Origin: Haplodiscus bocki
Taxonomy: Eukaryota
Assembly: GCA_965655095.1 (NCBI GenBank)
Contig: OZ296652.1
Span: 79,918,001 to 79,982,000, forward strand
Length of the DNA: 64,000 bases
Reading direction: 5' to 3'
Part shown: in pieces, positions 50,850 through 64,000 of the stretch
How positions within the stretch are numbered: position 1 is the stretch's first letter
How the letters are laid out: each line of letters begins with the position of its first letter
Program-made: the position numbers and the translations under genes
The notes under the pieces: model-generated
Database searches by the model: none
What the model was told of the DNA's origin: nothing
The model's input: the letters and a program-made list of their open reading frames with translations, nothing else

Positions 50850-52030
50850 TTCAAAACAGTTTCAATGCCTACTCGTTCATTTTTGGTCATGAAGCCCTGT
50901 CTCATAGACCAGAAACTAGCCAAAAATCAAAGTAAACAGAAGTCTAAACTTGATAATTGATTCCCTGGAAAATGTGAAAAAAACACATCCCAAAGTAAAT
51001 GAACTGTCGTCGACTTTCGTAGCATTTTTGTCAAAGCCTTTCTCTTGAATTGTGATCATCAATGATGATTCAAGGAGCAAAAAGTAACCAGAAGTAGAAT
51101 GCCTCTATGTGAAAAGGTATCCAGATTTGAATTTTTTCCACTTTCTGCGTTAGACTTTGATTCAAAAACCAGAATCTAACCCGAAACAGAATGGATCTTA
51201 GTAACCACAATTCTCGTTTTCGAAAATGCAATTCCCAGGAACATGTTGTCAGGAAACACAACACTCATCAAAAAACAATTATGTTATCGTCGATTTTCGA
51301 AACAGATTTTGTTAATGTCTTCTGTTTCAATTTTTTATCGAGACATCAATCAAAAACTCAAAAAACAAAAAAGGATTTATGTGAAAAGGCCTGTTTTTAT
51401 CATCCTCACTTCCGAAACAATTGTTGTATTGTTGTCATAACAACAAAAACAGAAAACGCCGATTTTTGAAACTGTCAAGTAATGGTTGAAAATTGTTCAT
51501 CGAGCCCTCTTTCAAAAACTAACAGAACTGCGGATTTAGTTATCAGCTGTGAGATAAAAGCCAAAAAGGACGGAATACGAAACAAATGGATTTTGACGAT
51601 TTTCGTGGAACTTTTTTCATGTCTGTGTGTTAAAAACTGTTCATCGAGCTCTCATTCAAAACTTCAAAATTTAAAGAAAAGTAAAATGGATTCAAGTGTA
51701 CAAAACTCCAGATTTTATAGTCAATCTTTGGGGGAAAAATATGTCAGAAAGGCCTTAAAAAATTTGGTTGTAGTCGATTTTTGAAAGTTTCTCAAAATGT
51801 CTACTTATTGAATATTGTTCATGGAGCCTTCGTTGAAAATGAACCAAAAATAGAATGGATCTTAGTGAACAGAACTCGACTTGAAAATCAGTTCTGCGAA
51901 AATTTTTGTCCAAAAGCCAAAAATTACAATGTTTATGGACCCTCGTCGGTTTTTGAAACAGTTTTTCTCAATGCCTACTTCTTCAATGATGTTTATCGAG
52001 CTCTCATTTGAAAACTAACCAGAACTGGCA
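50850..52030. repeat. Degenerate ~170-bp tandem array
   Basis: cgattttt.gaaac...aatg.ct...tgttcatcgagc.ctc.tt.aaaact recurs at ~51290, 51460, 51595, 51775 and 51947. Confidence 0.7.
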
Positions 52031-52829
52031 TAAATATGAGTAAACGTAACTCTAATCCTAATTATCACTTTCGGAAAAAATATTGAACCAGAAAAGCATA
52101 GGCAATATTGTATACTTCCTTCGACTTTCTGAACCGGTATCTTAATGACTACTCGATTGATGTTGCTCAACCTAGCTTCAAATGATTCATTGAAATAGTG
52201 TTTCATCTTTCACTTTCAATGTTGGGAACATATTTAAGGTAAATTAAAAAGTGCAAACAAGCATATCGAAGCATATAATACTTTTCAAAATCGTAATTAT
52301 AGAACTGTAAAATTTGAATTATTCGGAAAACGGCAGTATGTGAAAGCTGCTAGGTTGAGCTGAGCAGGCTAAAAATACTATACACGATCTCAATCAAAAA
52401 TTACGTGAACTTTATGATAAGGCAAGCAAAAATAACGATTCGAAAATTGATTGCTACTGAGTAAAGACGGGTGCGGACTCCCATGGTGTCTATTACTAAA
52501 GCAGCTCAATAACTTGTGACTTTGTCGCACCTTTTTAGTCGGCGCTTTTAATTCACATAGAAGACAACGTTATCTCATCGGACACAAGGAATGGAATGAA
52601 CAATGTTTATAAAATGTTCGTTTGTTTCATCTAGATCAACATTTAGTCTACAATTTTTCAGCCAAGCCGACATTGAATTGCTGAATGAACCAAGTCAAAC
52701 GAATCAATTGAATTTCAAAACCAAGAGTGCAAACCTAGAAGCAGCAAAGCGAAAACCTTTTTACGTACGACGAATTCTTGAAGTTTTCGATGGAAAAGCC
52801 ACAGTTTTTTAAAAAAAGACCCTGCCTGG

Positions 52830-53225
52830 AATATTTTGGGCCTTACAATCGCCGCCAAATTCTGCTTGTGTCAAATTTTGTAATTTTTCCAAATTTAAAC
52901 ATTCTCTGATTTTTTGCAAAAATTCACAAAGTGGAACAGACATTTTCAAGAAATAAAATCTTTTGATACGCATTCTACAGCAAAATTGCACCTTAACCAA
53001 TTTTGAAAAAAAAAACAGATTTTTTTCAAAAAACCCAACTTTTTAAAAAGAAACCGCAAAAAATTTTCGGCAGGGTTGTCAAAAATGCATTCGACGTGTC
53101 CAGAGGAACATTTTAGGGTTTTAAAATTTTTTTCCCAAACGTGAACGAAATTGGCAAATATCGGGTAAAAAACGCACTATTTGTCGGATGCTTTTCCTCC
53201 CATATTATAAATATGGCGCAAAATA
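52830..53225 (-). mobile_element. Helentron/HINE-like repeat copy
   Basis: Collinear with 1255-1690 and 30744-31224; ends atggcgcaaaat. Confidence 0.6.
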
Positions 53226-53229
53226 TTTA

Positions 53230-53760
53230 TATAAATGAAGCATAACTAAAGTATTAAGAAGTATAATATCAACTTTATCTGCCAAAAAACTTCTAATTGT
53301 GTAAATTGTTGCAATCCCATATGATATTTTGTTAAGTATATTTTTGACTTGACATTGGTATGTTTAATTTCGATCCAGAGAAGCTGCCAAATATTTTACC
53401 GATTGTTGTGTATCACTATCGTATTTCAACACATAGTGTTAGATTATGCTACGCTCAATGGTGTGCTGAAAACATTGAATTCGGTTTCTCAGCATTTACA
53501 TTCAACTTATGAATGGTAAAAGGATTCAAGTTTTCAATGGTTTCATTGAGGATTTTCTCAGCATTTTTAATTGATTTGTTTGTAATAAAGGTAAAATTTT
53601 CATCAGCGTATTTTACTGGTTTAGGTGGTGGGTTGATTTCAATGTGCATAGCGTTTACATAGATGTTGAAGAGTATAGGAGCTATTATGCTTCGTTTTGC
53701 AAAACGCTGAAATAATTCAATCCAATCTCCAATCACGATTGTTATCGTCTTTTTTTCTGA
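53230..53760 (-). pseudogene. Non-LTR retrotransposon (CR1/L2-like LINE) reverse transcriptase relic
   Basis: SIIAPILFNIYVN...KYADE...KLNVNAEK (QGS..P.LFNIY, YADD and L.lN..K motifs), then QSVKYLAASLDRN*...KISYGIATIYTIRSFL (VKYLG..LD thumb) in another frame. Confidence 0.85.
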
Positions 53761-55883
53761 TGCATTCGGATGTCTTAGATTTAAAAACCTGAAGCACACA
53801 ATCTGATACACATTGCAATGTTTGAAAAATAGTTTGGTTTACGAAGTGTGGACATCTAAATGGTGCCTCTTTTCCTTCCGGGTGTGTATTAGCACGCATG
53901 ATACTGTGATTCAATTAGCCGCAGTAGCGAAATCTTTGACGTCAAACATACCAATATTTATTTTAGAAAGCCAGGACGGTTAGAATTGATTCAGCTAGTT
54001 TATCCGGTGCATATTTTCTCTCAAATGCCAACAAACTGAACTGAATAACACCCTGCTTTTTAAGTTACATGATGAATATTTGACAATGTTTGCAAAACTG
54101 GCCGAAGTTTTGTTGTTGTTTTTCTAGTTGCAATTTGTTTCAACTAGAATTTGGTAATATGTCAATATGGATTCAAAATTCAATAAAATGGGGAGTTATG
54201 CTGCAAAATTACACAGATTATAACATCCGGATTATGTTTAAAAAAATGTCACGCCACGCTTCTGACTTCTGAACGGTTTCATGACAACTTCAAAGCTTGT
54301 TTCACGCATTTGGTGGAAAGGAAGTAAAACCACATGCGGTTTTTCTAAAATTCCCACTTTATTATTGTTACTCCCGAAAAAAGGTTGTTTTTGCCAAGAC
54401 GAAAGCAGTAAGTTTTATGCTAGCACATGTTTCGATGCTCTGTAAAATGTTACGGATAATTGAACAATCATATAATTTAATTCTATCAAAATTTTTGACG
54501 TATGTTTTTAATAATGCTGTTGAAAGCAGATAAAAATTCTGACTGGAAAGAAATAACTAAGGTTTTCCCCCTTGTGCTTCTGTCAAAGGAGGCTCGTTCT
54601 ATCCTTGATCGAGTCTCAGGGAACCTTGATAACACTAAATTATTTAATGAAGAAAAAAGTTGCATATAAAATGTGACGCATAAGATGTCCTAAAACGGCT
54701 GCCATTCTTTCCTAGACTGTTTTGATTTGAAGTCTGAAGTCTTTAGAATGAGGACTCAGAATTTGGAGGCGTAAAAGTAATTTTATAGCCATTTCAACTA
54801 TTTAGACTAAATGTAGCGAGAAAACTAACGATTGATACATGTAATCAAATTTTTTAAGGGCTTTTTCAATATTCCCATCATTTTTGTATCCAAGTCGAAT
54901 TTCAAAGTCTTCTAGGTGTATGATGGATAGAATTAACGCAGTTTTTTGTCTTCGCTTGGATTTGTATGGGAATGGTGATGAAAAAGATCAGTATTTCGTG
55001 ATTCGGCGATTTCCGAAAACTTTTCTCAATGGCTACTTGTCTATTTTGTTCGTCACAAAGCTATCATAAGATCGCTCCTAATCAAAATTAGCCTTCGTAA
55101 AGGTCAGTTCCCTGAAATGAGAAGGTCCCTCAGCTATCAGCAGCTAGTTTGCACTCTTCCAAATTTTTACGGGCACTTGTATAACGTACGATCTTTGTTT
55201 CGTTGCATTCGTATGTTATGCTCGTAAGTTCAATGCTATCGCCATTAGGAAATGGCTATCGAGTTCACTCCTACACGAAGCTTGAATGTTCTCTTGAAAA
55301 CTTTAGGTATAGAAGCAGGTAAAAATGTCTCTCGGCGACCTCCGGGATCTTTTCCGCTTCCCAAATTTGCTTATTAAAACTGAAATGAATGAAATGAAAC
55401 AAAAATGATTTTTCCAAAGAAACTGAAATTGTTATAAAATCTCATTTTTAGATTTATAATCATCATTTTGTGCGGCAAGTTTTCCCATTGGAATACGTGC
55501 AATAATGCCTTGGCTCTTCAATTTTCAAAAGCGTATATACTCGACTCGTTCGCAGAGAAAGCGACTCTTGAAGGTAATTATTTGTACTTTTAAGATCACA
55601 ACGAAATGTCCTCTTTTTTTTCTATATCGACTTTTCTTTGAAGTTTTGATTTTAAGTTTAATATTATAGATTTCCATTGCAGTGAAAAATGAAAAAAAGT
55701 TCTCGAAAGCACCGTATTGCCCCATGCGAAATTTTTCGGTGCTGAGATTAATGACAATGATCAATGAAATCTTTGATGTTGGAAAATTTTCTATTGCAGA
55801 GTCACCAAAGCCCCACTCCGCGATAATTTTTGTCAATGAGACAAAAGATTCGTCACATTTGCGCGCCCGTTGATGTGCAGAGC

Positions 55884-56840
55884 GGTTTCATGTCATACCC
55901 AAAGTCATAATACGCAATGCCATAATACCCAATGCCAAAATACCCAATAAGACATAATAGCCAATTCCATTATACTCAATGTAACATAATACTCAACGCC
56001 CCAATACCCATGCTATACAAGCGAAAATAAAGTATAATTGCTCGTTAAATAATACTTGACTAATTAGCGTTATAATTAACTTCTCAAAGACAGTGATTTG
56101 AATTAGGTCCGAATGATATCGATAAACTGAACATGGTTTTACAAAATGCCGCTTTTTCTGAACAGAAATGGGTATAGTAACATTTTCCATTGGTCTCGCA
56201 GTGCCGAAAGTTTTTCATTGGGGAGTCTTTACTACATTCCATAAACCAACCAAACCACCTCCTCAAGACCTTTGGTTTCAGCCTTTTTGAAAAGTTTACT
56301 TATAGGGAAAGGAGATCATACACAAAGAATTTTGAACCGATGATTCCATTTTTCTCGAGAACACAAAGGTAGATACAATTCATAGTGTTTAATATCGATT
56401 TAATATCTCAAAAATATCGAAAACAGGAAACCGCCTGACAGAAATAGTTTATACTAAATTTCGTATTTCCCGTCCAAAAATTTTTGGAAAGCAATACCAA
56501 ATTTCGTATTTTTAGTCGAAAAATTTTCAGAAACTTTTCCAAATTTCTTTTTTCTCGTTCATAAATTTTCGCAATTAATACCAAATTTCGTAATTCTTGC
56601 CCAAAGTTTTTCAGAAACAATCAAAACTCACTCAAAAGTGATTTTGTGACTTTGAAACTGTGGTATTTTTGACTGGTAATCAAATCTTTAAAAATGAGAG
56701 AAAATACAAGACACTGGTAATTACTTAATTATGCAAGACGCTGGTAATTAGCTATTTAATAAATAAGCAAAAATGTTTCTTTAAATTTGGGTATTATGTC
56801 ACATTGGGTATTATGACTTTGGGTAATATGTCCTGACACC
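55884..56840. mobile_element. ~950-bp MITE with 15-bp subterminal tandem repeats, copy 1
   Basis: TIR-like ggtttcatgtcata / tatgtcctgacacc, with arrays of ataatacccaatgcc inverted at the two ends. Confidence 0.75.
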
Positions 56841-57061
56841 ATCCGGTTCACTTCAGCGCTCAGCATCGCTAAGTTGGTCAATCAGCGTTTCCGAAGTGTG
56901 CAGAAATTAAACGAAAAAAGTAAAATTTATAAGAATTAAGACAAGCTTAACTGCCTAAAAACAAAAGAATTTTTGATACCCTTAAGAATATAGCCCAGAT
57001 GAAAAAAGAGAAAATAATCATTTACAAAAAGCTGAGCACAGCTCAAAGTCGGCTCTGCACC

Positions 57062-57990
57062 TTGTCAGGACATAATGCCCAATGCCAAAATACGCAATGC
57101 CATAATACCCAATGTGACAATACCCAAAATTAAACAATAATTTCTGCTTTTTTATTAAATATGTAATTACCAACGTCTTGCATAATTGAGTAATTACCAG
57201 TGTCTTGTATTTTCTCTCATTTTTTAAATATTTGATTACAAGTCAAAATACTGCAGTGTCAAAATCATAGAAGGGAAAATTTCTCGGATTTTCCATTGGG
57301 TTTTAATTGTTTCTGAAAATTTTTGGACAAGAATTACGAAATTTGATATTAATTGCGAAAATTCATGGACGAGATATAAGAAATTTGTATTTCTTTTGAA
57401 ATTTTTTAGACGGGAAATACGAAATTTAGTAGAAACTATTTCTGTCAGGCGGTTTCCTGTTTTCGATATTTTTGAGATTTTAAATCGATATTAAACACTA
57501 TGACTTGTATCTACCTCTGTGTTCTCGAGAAAAATGGAATGATCGCTTCAAAATTCTCTGTGTATTGTCTCCTTTCCGTATACGGAAATTTTTCAAAAAG
57601 GCTGAGACCAAATGTCTTAAGCACGTGGTTCACTCGGTATATGGAATGTAGTAAAGACTCCCCAATGAAAAATTTTCGGCACTGCGAGACGAATGAAAAT
57701 TGCTATTTTACCCATTTCTCTTCAGGAAATCCAGCATTTTTAGAAAGTTGTTTATTGATATCATGTTTATTTTAGTGATATCTTTCAGACCCAATTCAAA
57801 TCACATTCTTTGAGAAAATATTTAAGACGCCGGTAATTACTCAAGTACTAGTCAACGAGCAATTATACTATAATTTTCGCTAATTTAGCATGGGGTATTT
57901 GGGCATTGGCCATTATGTCACATTGGGTATTTTGGCATTGGATGTTATGACATGTCACCGAGCCCAATGCCAAAATACCCAATGTGACAT
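57062..57990. mobile_element. Same MITE family, copy 2 in opposite orientation
   Basis: Interior ~57160-57870 is the diverged reverse complement of ~56040-56760 (e.g. tatggaatgtagtaaagactccccaatgaaaaa). Confidence 0.8.
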
Positions 57991-58391
57991 AATAAATCCT
58001 ACTTATTTACGTTTGTTCTTTTGTATTTACTTTCTTTTGATTCCCCAAGCTATAGCGAACGTCCCTGTTTACTCTTTGATATCAAGCACTTGATTCGATT
58101 GTTCTCAAATTTCTCAATTTAATTCGCATCTTATTTTCCGCTTTCTGAAAATGGTGACTGTTCATCGCGTCAAAAAAGTGTTGATTCACAAAGCAGCGAA
58201 CAATTGAAAACTATTCACAACGGCAAAATTGACATGTAGACCATGAATAGTGAAATTTTCGTTTGTTTTAATGGTGAGCATTTTTTCCATGTGATTGGAA
58301 TTTTTGCTGATTTCGCGTAATCCCAAGTTTCTTCATTTCAAATTCTTAGCGCTGAACTCTTAGCATTCTTGATGCCGTTGTTTTTTTGCAG

Positions 58392-58739
58392 GTGACTCAC
58401 TCAGTGGTGGGACTGTCGGTTGTGGTAGAAACTCTTCTCTCGCAGCCGAGGGTGTCTGCTTCCTGCTGGCGCAACATCCACCTATCTCTTGTGCTGCCTT
58501 CCACTTACGCGATCTTCATCATCAGCCTGCGGTTGTGTCACATCAACTCACCCTCCCACTCGCCAATCAAGTTATCCTTCCTCCCAATCGTACTCGCTCT
58601 CTTGTGCAATTGTTGCGTAACTGCCCTCTGCGCACTGCTCTCTGTCTACTTCAACCGCTGTTCACTCTTTCTGCATGGGTACATCGACACCGGCTTCGAA
58701 AGTGCAGTCGTCATGGAGGGCCAATCGACTAGGAATTAA
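58392..58739 (+). CDS. AIG1: FAR-17a/AIG1/ADTRP-family membrane protein, coding exon 3 of 3
   Basis: Acceptor tttttttgcAG|GTG, phase 0. Joined IPKWVLQVTHSVVGLSVVVE matches AIG1 [20 protein letters not shown] (catalytic His codon 58398-58400). Two further hydrophobic helices follow; stop TAA ends at 58739. Total CDS 1305 nt. Confidence 0.85.
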   Translation: MTHSVVGLSVVVETLLSQPRVSASCWRNIHLSLVLPSTYAIFIISLRLCHINSPSHSPIKLSFLPIVLALLCNCCVTALCALLSVYFNRCSLFLHGYIDTGFESAVVMEGQSTRN

Positions 58740-58817
58740 TAATGCCAATTCAGCACATTGAGAAAAGGATACAAAGTAATCCAAATGTAACAAAAGGGGG
58801 TCTGCTGAGTCTTGTAA

Positions 58818-59120
58818 TCACCGGCGGCGGGAATGTACCAACCTTGAGAAACCACTGCATAGCGTGGTGCGAAAATAATTTGAAACATCGAAGCCAAAAT
58901 TGACGGTGGGCCAAAATATTACATCGATAACAGAATCAATACTATTTCGGAGACTTAGTTTTACTTTTGTCCACCTGGTCTGGTCTTGTAGGTCGTTTGG
59001 CTCGAAGTCTTCTTTTGTGGATAAAAGTTTACCGCAGTGAGCGTGATCACGTTCAAAATATTCATCTTCTTGAGTTTCTTCCTCATTACATGCCACCCTT
59101 TTATTCAGACCACAAAGCAT
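58818..59120 (-). CDS. Possible small convergent gene or terminal exon (100 aa), unknown product
   Basis: ATG in ccaaaATG context, protein-like composition and non-repetitive DNA; no recognised domain. Confidence 0.25.
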   Translation of the reverse strand: MLCGLNKRVACNEEETQEDEYFERDHAHCGKLLSTKEDFEPNDLQDQTRWTKVKLSLRNSIDSVIDVIFWPTVNFGFDVSNYFRTTLCSGFSRLVHSRRR

Positions 59121-59989
59121 TTTGGACCATGTTACTTATATCCCTTCAAAGCGTGTTCGAAGGATATAAATAATAACGTCAAAATAACGTTGCAATTATG
59201 TCGACATTCAAACAGAATGCCATTTTACGCCATATTATGTCATGAATCGTAATTTTTACTGTCAGTGTTAGGTTAGGTTTTGCAAGCCAACTGCTGTATT
59301 TGAAACAAAGTGGATATTGATTCAAACACTTGAATTTACTGGTTTTTCAACCCCTTCGCGAACTGTCATATCTGAAACAATTTTTATTGTAATAAAGCCA
59401 CTGCTTTTGGCAAAATTGGGATTTAAAGATTTATAAAGCATAATGCTGAAGGTTTCCACAGTTATTGCTAGTATAGCGTCGTCCCTTAGCGTGGGGAGCT
59501 ATTCGTTTTGGTTAATTTGGCTAAGCCTTGAATTTTCTACTTTTCTAAGTGAAAAAGATTTGTTTTTGCAGGTTTAAAGAGTTAAAAGTTGGAGATATTG
59601 ACGACTAACATTTCTTCAGATGGTTAACAACGGAATGAATTCAATCTTTGTGCTCAAAAATCGTTTACAAAATTATATTAAAAAGAACTTCCAGTTGTAT
59701 TAATTTTATTCGGAATGGTAAATACGTTAAATCTAAGCCAATAACAATTGCCGATTAGCGGCGTTTTCTAAACATTCGGTCAAACGAACGCAATTTTTCA
59801 CTGCATGCTAGGCCAATGGAAAGAATTTTAGACAGTCGCGGTTAAACAAAATGACCTTTGATAATTTAAATAAATAAGTTGTTGAAGAAATTGAATAAAT
59901 ACTGTCAGTTAACAAAATAAAGTGTTGTTGTTTTGATTATTGCAATCCACCCATCTAACGAGAATACGTCCGCGCATTTGTTAAAGATA

Positions 59990-62900
59990 AACGAGAACAA
60001 GGTGAAGTTTCAATTCCACAAGTCGTCCAAAGAATCATAGAAGGGGCGGGGGTTACAGAGGCGGCAGAAATGGCTCAAACTTTTGCGCATGACAGCGCGA
60101 ACGCCACAACAATCGTATATTTACCGGTTAGCTGGATCGAATAAAATGATGTGGATAGCCACCAGCTGCTGGGAGATATGGCGATCAACACGGGTGGCAA
60201 TCCGGATGGCGAACGCGTAATAATTTGTGGTAATTCTTCATATCGGGGCCCGATGTCGAACGCTCGGAAGCCAATACTTCATACTGGAGGTTAGTGGGGG
60301 TAACGGTAAGCATGTAAACCACATCAGGGGTGGTCAAAGTAGACAGAAGCTGATGTAGCGTAGGGAGGGCGTGTTGATCAGCCTCTAGAAGAGCAATTTG
60401 TTTGCATAAGTCAGACCGTGTTTTTGAGCTCACGAAGCTTGCGGTCATCAATACGTTTCTGCCGGGTGTGTTCACTGAGTGATTTGAGTGTCTGATCATA
60501 ATGCGGCTTCTGTTTGTCGAAAGCACGTTCCAATCGGGCAAACGTTGGCTTCTGTGAGCTTAATTCTGCGCGGTTGTCTTCTAAGGCGTTTTCAAGTGAT
60601 TCAACGGCATCATTTTTTTAAAAGAGCTACAAATTTAAAATCGGCAAAGCTGTCAGTGTAGCAAGAGACTGAACATGTAGGAACCGGAGATGTTTACATG
60701 CCAGAGTCAACGATGTCGGCAAGAACAGGGGGGCGGCACTGGAGACGGTGAGCGATAGGCGTCGCATTCCATAGCTTCAGTATTAACTGCCTGTGGTTGA
60801 AGAAGTTTAGGAGGAATCCAAACGTTAGACTTGGGAGCCAAGAAGCCGGACTTTTTGATGCCCATTGCGGGAAAAACCGTTAGAGAGTCGGAAGCAGGGT
60901 TGCAGTGGGGGATTCGGTAAGGGGTAGGGTCAATTAAGAAAATGAACGATCCAGGTTGAGCGTCAGCACCAGAACAAGCACCAGACAGAGGAGAGGAAAA
61001 CCTGAAACAACAAATATGTAAAAACCGTTTGAGAAAATAGAAAAAAAAACAAAAAACGGCGGGCGACAAAAAACTCGTGTCAAGCATGGAACTTCAACAA
61101 AGCTGTGAAATGCCTAATCTCGTGAAGAAAACAGGAACTGCAGCGGAGCTGAGGGACTCGTTGTCTCGTGGGGAAACCCACGGGAAGAAAACGTTTTGCG
61201 AATTGGATGTCTCGTGAGTGAGTAACGGAACGCGCGGAGGGGCTACGCAACCTAGCTCCTGGTAGCACCTGGGAGAAAAACGCGTGGAAGACCACGGAGA
61301 AGCACAAAAATGTCTTTAGGAAACGTTTTCGTTGAAAAGAACAACGGTGGGGAAACGAAAACAAGAAAAAAGGTCTCGATACTGAAGTCTCGGAAAAGAA
61401 AAAATCTCGGTGACTGAACACCGGTGGATGGTATGAACATAAGCTTGAAATTAAGTCGCCAATGTGTAAACGTGAGTTTTATCAGGATACAAAGGGTTCG
61501 GAGGAGGAATGCAATAAGTAGTTTCTGTGTCACTTCGAGCAAGGACTTCGCGGGCCAATCCTTTAATAGCCAAGAATTCAGGACCCGTCCTATACAGCAA
61601 AGCTGTTGTTACGTCGTTATCGTCGTCTTTCAGAGTAGGAATAATGTAAAGGAATCGGCCGTGCGTGCCGCGGAAGAATCGTTGTGGATTTTTAAAGAAA
61701 CATTGCCACTGACGCCAGAAGAGCGTGAAACTGATGCTGAAAGACAAGAGAAATAGTCATGGATACACATGCTTTTGGGAAAGCTGTCCGCATAGGCATG
61801 TAATTAGCTAAAGCACGGCTGGTGGAATGAGAATAGTAATAGGTAATAGTGTGAAATTGGTTGGGCTTCTGTGGAAGATCCTCACCGGTCATTGTTTTGA
61901 CGTGGGGGAAAGCTGCAAGTTCCAACTGTACGCTAGAAAGAATTTCTCTGCGAGCCTAGCTAAAGGAATTCACGTTCAGATCGGCGCTGGCGGAAGGTAA
62001 AGTGTTGAAGACTGCAGCCAAAGAAGGTGTGATTTTGAGAAATCCAACAAATGGCTCTGGATGGGTTTCACAGAGGTCCATATGGGGGGTATGAACAAGA
62101 TCTTCATGGTTCAAAGTGAATGTTGACGAACTGATGGGTCGAATAAGAAAGGCTTGACACTGCAGGGTGGATACCGATACAGCTAATCCATCGGTGTCGT
62201 CTTTCACCTGTAGACTTGCAGTACGAGATCTGACGTGGTAAAGACCATCCGCTAAATAGAAAGCTTGCGGGGCCTCAGGCAACAGGACAGAGTCCTCTAA
62301 ACAGTTGCTAAGAGGTGGCATGCTGTACTCGTAAAAAAGAGACGTCAAACAGAGAAGTTTTTCATCCATAGTGGTGCAAAAACCTTTTCGATAAAACCTG
62401 ATGCGAGTTGTTCCGGAACATTGATTGAGGGTAGTAGCACTTAATTTAGCATACTGCGAGTTATCAGTAGCAATCGCCACGAACTCATGGGAAAAATGAT
62501 AAACTGAAGCTGTTGTGCCATCCTCATTGAGTTGATGCAAAGGAATGGCGCGATAGACATCGAAAGTGGACGATTTTGAATTTATCAGTGTACCTAAGGC
62601 TATGGAGAGACCTTCCTCCAAAAGTGACTTCGAGTACAATTTTGATTTCATAGTAAATTGTGCCCAGAAACTGACTTGAATGACTGGGGTCAGTTCTGTA
62701 CCTCGTCGGATCTCTTCGGTGGTAAGGTCCTGGACAATTGCAGCGAGCTCGTCGGGTGTGAGGAAACTAGGTGGGATAAATCCAGAAGAGAGCGATGACA
62801 CCGCGGACTACATGGAGGTCTAATACGACACAAATGAAACACGATAGTGTTTCAAGTGAATATGACCAAGATCTAGGTAGGACGTGTAATTGTGGATGAG

Positions 62901-64000
62901 CTTGAATTGACGCTAGACGCTCATGCAATCACCTATAGTATTCAACCGGGAATCGAGCTGACGGACGGTTTCTCCTCTAGCATTTAAACGGGCATCGATA
63001 ACGTCTCATGAGACTTCAACGCTCTTCTGGGTATCAGCGATTTCTGTGCTCAGAAGGAAGAATTTCTAGTTATTGGTTTCTTGGGCACGACGGAGACTCT
63101 GCTCGAAGGTATCCTGAAGCTGGAGTAGATTGCGGACATAATTCTTCAAAACGGAGTTATCATTGCATAAACTAAAGATGGAAAGAGCTTTGCAGGCAGC
63201 ATTTCGTATCGGGTTGCCTAATACAAGACTGGCAACACCGGAGGCTGCCGTATGTGCGGGACAAATCGTTGTTGTCGATGATGAGTGGCGCGAAGAGAAG
63301 GAGGCTCCATTGGGCTGTCGCAAAAGAAGAAGCAACATGCAATTGTTCAGCATAATCTTGTGCAACAGCAGAACGTTCACCCGCAAGTAGTTGTACCTGA
63401 TTTTCAAGACTTTCTTTGAGGCCTTCGGCACGACCCTTGGCGGTGAACATAGCGATTGAGTTAGGCTCGTTAGACGCAACTGTTCTTCTAAAGTACAAGG
63501 AAAGCAATTTCTTCCGAACATTACTGACGAGATCAATATGTGACTCGATTGCGTATAAATCAACTGGCGGTGGCTGTGGGAAAGGAGAAAAAAACGCGAA
63601 ATTTGCTTTCACTTTCTGAGGTGACAGCTTGATAGTTGTAAATGAATGCAGCGCCTTTTTTGATGATTAGAGTGCCATATGATGGAGGACCATCAGAAAC
63701 AAACTGTCTCAGAGGGACATTGGATACGACAAGGAAACAAAACAGGTGGACGTGAGCATAAAGTTGTTACCTCTGAACAACAAAAACGGCGATATGTAAG
63801 AACAAAAATACCAGAAGACGGTTATGGTACTATCAATATAAATGCATGAATTGATTAGTTAGATTATAAAGGTCTAAGAAATTCCTTTCGTGATGAACCG
63901 TGTTTTAACGATGCTAATGACATGGAAGACATTTGTGTGTGTGTGGACTGCCGGCTACTTGCGGCCGGTTTTGGACTTTTGTATTTTCCAAATGAGCGGA
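59990..64000 (-). mobile_element. Degraded env-bearing LTR retroelement, 3' internal region (continues beyond window)
   Basis: GC-richer block of decayed minus-strand ORFs including an env-like gene and downstream ORF relics (60185-60541, 60707-61087). No LTR or PPT identified in the window; the left boundary is approximate. Confidence 0.6.
61451..63770 (-). pseudogene. Envelope/fusion glycoprotein-like pseudogene (errantivirus env / baculovirus-F-like class I)
   Basis: Frameshifted series: hydrophobic N-terminus; RQPNGA (decayed cleavage-site position); heptad region (NSVLKNYVRNLLQLQDTFEQSLRRAQETN); SSGFIPPSFLTPDEL and TFDVYRAIPL motifs; Cys-containing ectodomain; hydrophobic anchor and tail (61451-61770). 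Confidence 0.65.

Overview
AT-rich, repeat-dense eukaryotic (invertebrate-like metazoan) genomic DNA; no prokaryotic operons, rRNA or CRISPR. One well-supported host gene: a 3-exon, + strand FAR-17a/AIG1/ADTRP-family membrane hydrolase (CDS 36178-36424, 49667-50376, 58392-58739; 434 aa). It has Ser where AIG1 has its catalytic Thr and carries a ~190-aa low-complexity loop insertion. Intron 1 holds a 10.8-kb element (38778-49599) with AGTAGT/AGTAAT termini, a flanking 6-bp TACGTA repeat and ~4.5-kb inverted arms, resembling a non-autonomous or copy-back Maverick/Polinton. The rest is mostly mobile DNA: an intronless JmjC pseudogene, a truncated LTR element with a long internal hairpin, a solo LTR (5-bp TSD) containing the start of a gag-like ORF, an env-like pseudogene, a LINE RT relic, a hAT MITE, Helentron-like repeats, fold-back MITEs and several ~150-177-bp degenerate tandem arrays. 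All homology calls are by-eye motif recognition from memory, not database searches.
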